Assembly: GCA_048013815.1 (NCBI GenBank) | Contig: CM106585.1 | Location: forward strand, 16,430,001-16,494,000 | Length of the DNA: 64,000 nt | Reading direction: 5' to 3' | Source: Setoptus koraiensis | Taxonomy: Eukaryota > Animalia > Arthropoda | Position numbers and translations under genes: made by a program | The notes under the pieces: model-generated | Databases searched by the model: none | What the model was told of the DNA's origin: nothing | The model's input: only the letters and a program-made list of their open reading frames with translations | Shown here: positions 40,687-51,298 of the stretch, piece after piece | How the letters are laid out: the number at the start of each line of letters is the position of its first letter | How positions within the stretch are numbered: the stretch's first letter is position 1

Positions 40687-42849
40687 TTATTTATCATTTA
40701 TTCTCTTCGGCTTGAAGCCCATATTTTTGAAACTATTGAACACAACGTCCACCTCGCTACCGTCTGACATAATTGTGATACGTTTGGGTAGAAAATGGAA
40801 TAATAGATGCACATCGGACATACTGAACTCGTTACATCTGTACAGTATCAAAGAATGAACTAAAAACTCGGTCCACGACGACAGTTTGAGTGCATCGTGA
40901 AAAGTGCATAAAATAACGTTACAATCAACATCATCTATGGAGTTATTGAAGAAAATGCTTCGTGCAGCAGGCATGCCCAAATCCGATTCCACTTTTAGAT
41001 CTCTGGTATCAATTCTTGAATTGTCGACATTGACGTTCTCGTAGTAATCATCATCTTCATCATCGACAATATCTTCATCATTGAGATCGTCAAAATAAGA
41101 AAAAGATGATTGGTGCGACTGACAGTCAGCCGAGCTGAAGATCTTGACCTTCAAATCAGCTAATTCATGGAGTTTCTCTGCTATGGCCTCGAGCGAATCA
41201 GCACTGCCGGCACATATCAACACTTTTGAATTACCGGTAGAAGGTGTCCGATCACTTTCTGATATTGTCTTGTGCAAGTGAGCCAATGACACGATGTCAA
41301 GTATGCCGATGGCCTCTTGTCCCGGCTCACTCACCAATATGGTAACTCTATTACATATTGCCGATTGTAAGGCCTCCTCGATGACCCATATACCTGTGTC
41401 ATCCGATCTCAGCGTGTTAAAATCCAAGTGGCACACATTTTTTCCCTCTCCACAACTTGTTTGGATAATTTCGCGCAATAGTGTATCGCCTGCGATGCGC
41501 CTGATGTTTCCTTTCAGCCTCTCCATCGACTGCTGATAAAATAGCTGTAGACTCTTGTTGATGACAGAATAATTGCCCGACTTTGGGTGGCCGCGTTTCA
41601 ATTCTTGCTCGTTTTCCATCTCGAATTTCAAATACAAAAATCGCTTGCTGTTGATGAGACGCAACATGGGCACTCCCTCGGCCGACCACAACTTTTTACC
41701 GCTGCTGTCGTATTCAATCATTTGCATCCTGTTGGAGTGATGGATTTTTCTTGCGAATGTCCTTTATAGCGTGTGGCGATCCAGTCTCGCTGTGACAAAA
41801 TGTTTTCGTTGGCAAGATTCTCGTTTCCAGCGTACCGAGGATATTTGTTGTTGACACTCGGGCAGCCAATGATCATTGTATAGTGACGACACACTGTCCT
41901 CCAGATCACGTATCGCCTTCGGGCAGGTGAGATTTTCTGGCTGTGACAGTTGTTTGGTAGTAGTGACGCTTTGTTCGTAATGCAGTTCAGCTCGCTCGCC
42001 GCTAATAACCGTTGGCACGTCAATAATATCCGAAGCCGGCCAGCAGCCGTAATATTGATCAAGAACAAGGGTACGCAAATGGGTATTGGACAGAATGCCG
42101 GTCAACTGGTGCACCCATTTGTCGTCTGTCAACGTTAGGGCGAGACTGTCCAATCGCTGGCACGCCAAGAGAAAATTTGCCGCATCGTAGTAGGCCGATG
42201 ACTGCTCGTCGATATTAATATCGTCCATAATGCGATTTCTCCTAATATCTAGCGAGCGCAATGCGAAATAATCGTGCTCGTGGTCGCAAAAGGGTCTCCG
42301 TTTAATTCCTATCATGCGAAGGTGCAAAAGCGTGAGGCAAAGTCGGGGCAACAGGGCGTTCAACTCGTCCGCATCGTCTAGCTCGATATGATCCAGTGTG
42401 AGCGCCGTCAACAGTGGCAACCGCAACACCAGCAAGGCCAGTTCCGTGGGCGCAAAGGATATTTTGTGCAATGTGAGCGTTGTTAGCAGGCCGCAATTGT
42501 CCGTCAAACTGAAATGAGAATCCGGTCCGAACCGTCTGATCGTCTGATTGTATTCCGACACCAGGCTCAGGCGCTCTATTTTGGGCACCGTGCAAAGAAT
42601 TGTTTCCAGCTCCCGACAATCTGGCCAATTGGCAAGCCCGCTACTGAGAGTGGCCTCCTCTACAAATCTGTTGGCGTCGTAAACGAGCTCGCCGAATCTC
42701 GGCGACATTTGGGCCAAATTGTGTCTGTCGCGTAAATCGTCCAGATGACCGATGATCATGAGCAGCAGCTCTGGCGGCACCGTCTCCAGCAGGCAAAATG
42801 TCTGTCCATCGCCGTCTGTTTCGTCCGAGTCGAACCGGTTAATATCCAT
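40687..42849 (-). pseudogene. F-box-LRR-UPF1-like gene, copy 3 (diverged), with one in-frame TAA at 41764-41766
   Basis: ORFs 41764-42858 and 40687-41727 are in the same frame: ...RLDRHTL*RTFARKIHHSNRMQMIEYDSSGKKLWS, aligning to copy 1 GTLDKSFIKK...RMTEYDCVSGEELWS. F-box LETVPPELLLMIIGHLDDLRDRHNLAQMSPRFGELV; first in-frame ATG at 42849. Confidence 0.75.
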
Positions 42850-44954
42850 GGTGTACACATAAACAAATATTAGATAATAATTATGTAACGGGCCTCAATG
42901 TGCGCGATAAAACGTATTTCGCTGGCCATTTCATTGTCGATGGAGACGCGGCCAATTTGCTCTGGTCACATGTTTTGCCACCCCTTGCCCTCTAACCACG
43001 TGCGCCCGAACCGCGAAAACACCCACCAATGCACCACATGCGCCCATTTCAGTCCGCCCGCTGAAGATGGCGCCATAGGCACCAGGCTCAATCATTGCGA
43101 GCCAAACGATTGACAATTGTGAGACTCGCCTATCGCGGACACTCTGCAATGTGTCGCTGGAGGCGAGCTTTTCTTTCTGTATGATTGTGGATTGTCTCTG
43201 TATGACGAGAGCGAGCTCGGGATACGGCTCGGGCCACTTCCGCCCGTCAGGCCGGCAAGTTTGGCGGCTGTCGCCGAAGGTTCGACGGCTTCTCGGTGCG
43301 CTCGCGTGAGCCGCCCTCGTCAGCCATTCACCTGTCGCATCCGTCGATATGGGTCTGACAGTTTTGTTTTTGTTTGCTTGCGTCGTGTTGCTCGCGGGCC
43401 CCAATCGGTGACGAGTGCGACAAGTGGGCGAGCACATGTGCGCAAATCGCGGCGCATTCGTAGCGCCACGAGGACCTTTTTTCCAGCTCGGGACCCGGCT
43501 GCGTATCCCGAGCTGACCGGCCGCAGCAGATTGGCCATGCGCGGCTCGCGAATAGCCACCCAACATCTTGGCGCCCGTCCATCGACTTGCCAGGCGCATG
43601 CCCATGCCCGAATTGCAATTATGGGGCCCACAAGATGAGTCACACGGCCCACGACAACGGCGCAATGTTGACTTTTGCGTCATTATAAAATTATGTAACG
43701 CGGGCAGGCATCTCTGGTGACATTTATTGCGTGGCTAATCTTAATCTTGTTTGCAACTTTTGATAATTGACACCATTGGCACGCAATTTAGGCGACGACA
43801 AGCCCATGGACAGCCAGGCCAGGCATTCCATTTGTGCGGGCCCGACTTGACTGAAGCGATTGAGCGCTTCTTGGGCACTCTGGCGTCTCTTGGCTGACAA
43901 GAAACGAGGCAGAATTGCAAGAATTTTGGCATTTTTGTCCATTGGACGGGCACGCGCTAAACGATCGAGCTAGCAAAAGTGTTACATCGTAACGCGGCGG
44001 TAACTGGGCCCGATTAGTGCGGTGCGGGCCCCGATGCGACGATAATCATTGCGAGCGGGCCCATGCCAGCAACCGACGAGAGAAATAGTTTCACCGTGGC
44101 CATTTATAACTCTGGTGTTTATTATTTGCGCTACTGCTGGCAGTGCAAGCCAACAGTTACAGTTACAGTTGTATATGGCGATAATCTGTTAAACAAACAG
44201 GGGCACCGATTTTGGGTGTGCGTGTGTGTGTGTGTGTGTGTGCTAATCTCGATCGATTAGATTCAGCGTGGCATAGAAGCACGAGAAGCAAGCGAAAAGC
44301 GGGCGCGGGGGGCCGATAATACACAAACAAGACAAACATTGGCATCGGCGGCCGCCATTAGTCAGCGGCCAATGGGCATTCTCCAGTGTCGCCCACTAAC
44401 TGACCACTGCACCATGCCATGCAGCACCTATGCACTTTTGGGCACTTCTGGCGCCGTTCACAACAGTGTCTTTCGCTCACGGTGCCCCGTTCGGTCACCT
44501 GAGGCCCGTTGCAAGAGCCGCGATCAGCTCGTAATTGATCGCTGCTTGACTTTGGCTTGACTTGAATTATTTATCCAAGATTATCCAAGCTAATCTGCGC
44601 TGTCCAGTGTGCAACAATGTGCAACAATGTGCAACAATTTCGCCACCAATAACCCGAGCCGGTCGTCATGTTACTCGGGCGCCCTCGCCGCCGGTTACGA
44701 AATGAGCCCCCTCGTACAAGTATTCGCCAGGCAAACAAGCGCTCCGAGAGTGTTATCGCGCCCTCTTGCAACGGCACGCCAGCCTACTCCAGTTACGAGT
44801 CCAGGTATTGTCCAGTTTGTGTTGAAAATAACAACAACAAACTGTTTCAAGTCAACAGTTTGTTATCATTAGTTTCGACTGCCATCGTTGTTTGCGCTCA
44901 ACTCGACGCCCAGCTAACGGTGCGATGCTATTTTTGTTACCTAACTCGCGCGCT

Positions 44955-45030
44955 TGTTTGTTTGCCCGTGTTTCGCTGTTTGTTTGGCCGTGTTTCGCTG
45001 TTTGTTTGCCCATGTTTCGCTGTTTGTTTG
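44955..45030. repeat. 22-bp minisatellite x3 (tgtttgcccgtgtttcgctgtt)
   Basis: Directly visible. Confidence 0.9.
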
Positions 45031-47125
45031 CGAAGCCGTGTAACACAATTTTGTCGGCCCACAGCACGTGCTGGCCGACGAAATCTACGCATTCGCTCGG
45101 CACGCCGATGGGTCTGTTCTTTACCTACCGTGCAGCGCCGTCTATGAGCGCTCTCCAGTCCGGGCGCGATCTTGTCGCCCGTGCTGGTTAGGCAACCGCT
45201 GCGATGGCGATCGCCTCAACGATGAATCGGATGATGAATGGTGGCGCTCACTTGTTGCTGCACCGGCGCCACCTATCGAAATTATCTCTTGATGACAATC
45301 AGCACCACGACCAGATATTCACCATTTGGCGACCAGTGCCTCGTGAATACTCATCGACAAGCCTCACCTGTCGAGCCCATGATACCTGCAGTCTGCGCGA
45401 TGTAGTGGATTTCGTCGACACCGACACCCAGACCACGCGCGCACCGAAACAACGGGCCGGCTCGAGGCAAACGGAAATTCAATATTCCCATTGGATATTC
45501 ACAGGGCCCAATGGAAATTATCTCCAGCGTGCCATTGTCGAAGATTATGCGATTATTCAATGGCCACTTTCCGGCAAATGCACCAAAAGTCAGTTGGCCG
45601 AGTCAGTTGGTCAGTGCTTAGCGCCCGGCGATAATACGCCTGGCGGCCGAGTCGATAATCGCCTCGTATACAAATTGTGGGGCCAATAACGTGTATATAT
45701 GGCACGTTTCGAATAGACTGGGATTATAGTTGCCGATCGATGGTTGGAGACGTGGGGCCAGCGCAACTCTGGCAGGCGCTGGCCCGCGTACAGAGAACGG
45801 GCCGTCAGGTGGACTCGATTCTTTGCCTGGTGTCAGCGATGATAATCGCCTATAATCTCGTTGCTCGTTGTTTGGGGGCCCGTCGTGCCCGTCGCGCCCT
45901 ATATGTCGTGTCCGGGAATGGGTGCACCACGACGAAACAGTTAGCAGTTGTGTGTGTGCGAACGTTGAAATACGGGCCAGAGCGCGGATTTTAGCGTTGG
46001 GTTTGATGGGATTTCGGGTCGGTCGGGCCGGCTCGGGCGGCCAGACTGGAGCGGGGCGCACAATCGATCAATTGAAAAGTAACTTGGGCGCAACTTAAGC
46101 GCCACTTAATCCCCTTCGGGCCGCCGACTAATTCTTTGCCGGCTGTCATTATTCACTAACTAGGATGGAAAATATCCATCAATGAATATACATTACCGAT
46201 GGCTGTGCGCCGCGCTGCATAATCGGTGGACATTTAAACGTGCTCTGGCTGACTTTTGTGTCGCAACGTTTTGTTTTGGCGTGCTTTTGTGTAGGTTGCG
46301 GTGGTGGCCAGAAGTTGTGGAGAGGAAAAAAGAAGACGAAGAAAACGCGAGCCTGCAAGCTGATTATTGCGATTGTTGCCGGCCGAGGCGGCCCGATAAC
46401 TGGCTGCATGTAATTGTTGTAATCCGTCTGGCGCTGCTGTTGTTGTCGTGCAGATTAAATAGAGATTAGGCCGGTTCGCGAAAAAAAAATCATCATCAGT
46501 ATCACGAGCGACAATGGGCAGCGGTGAGCAGATTTGCTTGAGCTAAAAAACGCCAGCGCTCCAGTGGAAACGGAATAAAAAGAATAGTGACACTGAAATT
46601 GGCCACTGGGCTCGCAGCGACATCGAAACCGGCGACACCGGCGACACCAACAACGACAACAACGACAACGACAACGGCAACAAATTTGCTTATTACACGC
46701 AAATCTGTGAATGGGCCGCAGACAAACGGGCTGCCCGGCCGCGGTTGCGAGATTCGCCCGTTGCAGCGGGCGTCGGATCATCGCGAGCAGATGAGCCCAG
46801 ACGATGGCGAGTAATCCCTTCTGTTTGGCCCGCTAATCTCTAGACCCTGAGTCTCCCAGACAAAGAAGCCCCGAGAAGCCGCCGGTTACCTGGCCCGGCT
46901 AAGCTGACCTAATCTATTTTGGGTTAGATTAGCGCCGGCGCGGATTCCAGCACGCACACAATGAATATTGATACACTAAGCGGCCCCCATGATATCACTG
47001 TCATTTGGCTCATTTGGATCATTTGGCGCCCTCAGTTGGCCGTTTGCGGGGCTCGGCGCAGACCGGTGGCCATCTGTTGCGCCGCACCGCGCCGGCCAGC
47101 TAGCCAGCCCGAGCCCGACGGGGCC

Positions 47126-47222
47126 GCGCCGAGCCGGACCGCACGGGCGCCCATCACGCGCCGAGCCGGACCGCACGGGCGCCCATCACGCGCCGAGCCG
47201 GACCGCGCGGGCGCCCATCACG
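47126..47222. repeat. 32-bp GC-rich minisatellite x3 (gcgccgagccggaccgcacgggcgcccatcac)
   Basis: Directly visible. Confidence 0.92.
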
Positions 47223-48560
47223 CCCCGGCCGCGGCCGCGCAAAGGGCGGCGCGACAACAATGTCGTGATATTGTTTGTGTATGTGTCATTTTTGACAAAG
47301 CGCGTGTTTGTTTGTTCCTCGTTGTCGCCCGTTTGACGGGCCACGGCGAGCACCGCCGAGTTATGATGCGCCCGGCGCGACAGCGGCGCGCACCAGGTAA
47401 CGACCAGTTGTCACCGGTGACAACTTTATCGACTCGTCATCGTCGACGGCCCGTCGGCCCGTCGACGATGACGAGCGTCGGGCAGGGCCACTGTCAGTGA
47501 CTGACAGACAGATGATACGCGCGGGCTATTAGCAGCGGTAAGTGGCAATAAAGCAAAAAATGATGTGATTGTCACGTCGGCTGGCCCGGTTTGGCGCTGC
47601 CAGGCATGCCGGCGATTTGTAAATATTTTCAATATTTACCATCGGAGTGTCACACGTTGCGTCGTGACATATTAATCGTAATTGACGTTAATTTTTCGCC
47701 TTCGCCTTCGACTTTGCTGCTTTGTCGCTTGCATGCTGGGCGCTGTCATTTCGTATATATTTTGTTCATATATTGTCGTCTATGCGATCATTGGTCGATG
47801 GCGCGATCGGCCATGCGATAGCGCATGACACAAGCGCCAAATTGACAGTGTGACATCTCTGTCTGGTTGCCAACAATGCAGCAGCAGCAGCAGCGATATG
47901 TCATTGTTGTGGCCCTCGCTGGGAATATCGCTGTCTGCGCCGGCATTGTTGTAGGCGCCCACTTGTGGCCGCAAGTCGGACAGTTGCTGTCGCGACGCGA
48001 TAACAGCGACACCGACAACAAGTTGTTCGCCCCAAGTTTGCGCATCTCTCGGCATCCCAAATCATCTCAGCACCGCGCCAGCTTAGAATCTCAGCCGAGC
48101 GGCCGAACCGGCCAAGAAGTGGGCGCTCGCGATTCGAGCCGCCAGCGCTCCGAATTCAACGAGATTTCAACAGCTGACCCACTGAAAACGATCTGCGGTG
48201 GCGTCACAGGTCCGATCAAGTGGCGGCGGTGCACCTTTTTGATGGCCCAATGCAATCGCGGCCCGAACATCGGCCCGAACACGTCAAACGCGGCGCAAAC
48301 TGACAAATGCGCCCATCAACAAATACATCACGCGCCGGTATAAACAATCGCGTCGACGTATCAGTTTGCGCGTATCGTGCGCGCCGCGTGTTTGCCGAGC
48401 AACGGCGTCCCTTTGTTTCGCCATTCCATTCGGTGAGCCCGATCTCGCCCGCGATCGTTGCCGTCCGATCCGGCCCGACATTCGATTTGTCCGAGCGTCT
48501 CGTCACTGGGCCGCATCTACGGCGCGAGCTGTCAACGAAACACCGCAGTCGTTCATAACT

Positions 48561-48656
48561 GGCCAGTTGTTTGCAATCGGCCAGTTGCTTGCAATCGGCC
48601 CGTTGCTTGCGACCGGCCCGTTGCTTGCGACCGGCCCGTTGCTTGCGACCGGCCCG
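48561..48656. repeat. 18-bp minisatellite x5 (ggcccgttgcttgcgacc), with variants graded along the array
   Basis: Directly visible; the first two units share ggccagttg.ttgcaatc and the last three are identical. Confidence 0.92.
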
Positions 48657-51265
48657 TGGGTTATGTCACCGACCGGGCGACGGCGCGCAAATTTCATTAT
48701 CGGCGCGAGCCATCTCGAGCAGCCAGCACATCAGCTGTTTTTTAGGCCGTGGGCAGGTTGCGGACGCGGATCTCTCTCATCACTTACAAATTGCGCGTTT
48801 CGGTCGCCCGTTAGCGACGCACTATTCGGTCGCCATTTCGGGCTCGTTCGGGTGCTCGCGGGGCTCGCCCTTGCGACGCCCGCCCGTCCTAGCGCAAAGC
48901 CAATTATGGTGATTGACAGCGGACAGCGGCGCGCCCATTAGGGCCCCTATGTGGTGGCTAAAAGGGCCGCATGGTGGGGGGCACCAACCGAAAACTGCAA
49001 CAGTGGTCACAGTTGTAGTTTTTGCCCGCTCTAACTCAATTAAGCGCTGATAGTCACGTTTTTGTGACTGTCACTCTGTTTGTTTGCATCACGCGGGCAT
49101 CACGTGATTTTTAGCGTGCTGTGTCAGCGATGATGATGTCACCGTCGCCAAAGAGCACTCATGTCTGTAATATGAGTTGTTGCTCTCTTGTTTAAAACGC
49201 GCACAGCCCAAGCTGCCAATTGCCAGTTGCAACGGGCACTCACTCTACCGTCGCTCGACTTAACCGTTGTGCCATCTAATATTAGTTGGCCCCATCTCGT
49301 GCACCCAATCTCGGCTGCATATGGTGACGTGCGCCGGCGATTGGGGCGAGTGCTAGTGCGAGTGTGACAGCGAGTGAAAAAACGAGTGGATAAAAAACGA
49401 TAAACAACAACGTACACGATCAAACAGATCAAATTACCAGCGAAAGTGTCAATTGAAGCGTGACAAGTGCATCCGCGCATTGAACTCGCTCTGCGCCCGA
49501 CAACGCCCGGCTGCCCGGTTGTAAATGGGCTCCATTTGGACGCGGCGCGCCGTAGGCACACACTGGCCCACCAGCGTCAGCACAACTAGCGCCGGGCCGG
49601 TTGTGCTGGCGCTGGTCGGCCCGCGACGGGCCGACGGCGCGGCCGCGAGCCTCGCGACTGAATGACCGGCCCAATTGTTGTGTGCGCGATATGCGAAAAT
49701 AGGGAGCCGCTGACAGGCAAGTGCAGAAAAACAAACGGCCAAAGTGACAAAGTGGGCATGACCGTCAGCCAATAATGAGCGATTGTCAAAACTTGTAAAA
49801 TTTGCTGGCCTACGGCCAGCATCGCTCAACGTGCGCGCGCGATCTAGATTGAGCCAATCATCGAGCAGTTCAGCAAATTCAGAGCGAGCAATTTTTTGCC
49901 TGCCCTTCATTTTATTCTACACGCTCATTTTTTTTTCTCGCTGGCCCTCATTTGTAACTGTCATTTTTGTTCCATGTGGGCACGCACAAATATGCAAATT
50001 AGAGCCAATTGGTGTCAATCACGCGCTAACGTGACCGAATGACCACTGTCACAACGGGTCGACAACGGGGCGTGCATTTTTGAGTGACTCAATGTAATGT
50101 GCGACTCTGCCACCGCTGGCACAGTCAGTGAAACTTGATCGTTGACCTATCATCGCCTAGTTGACATTTCGCACGTTGGCGTTGAGCGCCGGTATGCAGC
50201 GACCGACGGTCGGCCAGACAAGCGGGCGACAACTGGCGCCAGTGTCTAGCCAGTGACAGCGGCCAACGGAGTCGATATCACTCACTTGAGTCAATGTAAT
50301 TGTGCGCTGGCCATATTATACGCGCATACGCGCATACGATGTGTGCTGGCTGTAATGTGGCCATGTCATGGCAAACACGCGAGAATAAATGTGCGCACCA
50401 GGCACATTTGCGTCAATCAGCGGCGCCGTCAATTAGTGGTGGTGTGTGTGCATTTTGGCAACTTGGCTAAAATGTTTGCGCCGCTTGCGCTGCCAAAAGC
50501 GCGCTTAGGTGTCGCGTTTAGGCGTGAGAATTACGCATCAATGCGTTAACTAACTGTCATGTACGGTCATGCCACTGTCGTGTCGTCCCTGTAATTATCG
50601 ATTATTTGCCTTTAACGGGTTCCTTGCGCGCTCTCTTGCGCGCTCGCACACACAAAATCGCTTTCGCTCACCAACGGTGATTGACTCACGGTAGCGGGCC
50701 CAGTTGACACCGGTGACGGGCCGACCGTTGCCCGTGCCGTTGCCAGCGCCGTTGCTGGTGCCGCCGCCGGTGCCCTTGCACGGCAGTGCAGACCACCTAG
50801 CGACCGAGATTAATTTATTGGTCTGTCCCATTAGTGCCAATGGTGATTTACACGTGCGGCGGCCCTCCAATGCGCCGCCGACGCTAATGTGCGCTAACGA
50901 CTGGTCGGCCCCCGCGCGCCACTAGCGGCCCTGCCAATACATACCAATATATGTGTTCAGTATACTGCCACCAACACAATACGTGTATAATATGCAAATA
51001 TGTGCAGCGCAAACACGGTGCTGCGAATTGGTGCCGCGGCCGCTGAGCGCGGCCTGTTGGTCGGTCGCACGCCCCCGAGGCGGGACGCGGGCCGGACAGG
51101 CCCGCGAGAGGAGACAAATGAGCGAGCGTGCACAATAATGAGCAGACACAATGGAGGGGCAATTGTGTTGTTGTTGCAGTTGCATTCTATTGTCGTTGTT
51201 TGCTTTGTTGAGCCTTGACTTGTTGCAACCTCCAACGAAGTCGCCGCTGGCTCGCGAAGCCAACG

Positions 51266-51298
<33 letters not shown>

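Noticed and set aside
33867-42849. Calling the F-box genes active helicases or the organism's true UPF1
   Set aside because: Walker A Lys and Walker B Asp are lost, and RecA2 and the CH zinc-knuckle domain are absent in all three copies.
47126-48656. Short direct repeats as a possible CRISPR-like array
   Set aside because: Units are contiguous with no unique spacers, in a eukaryotic context with no cas genes; ordinary minisatellites.
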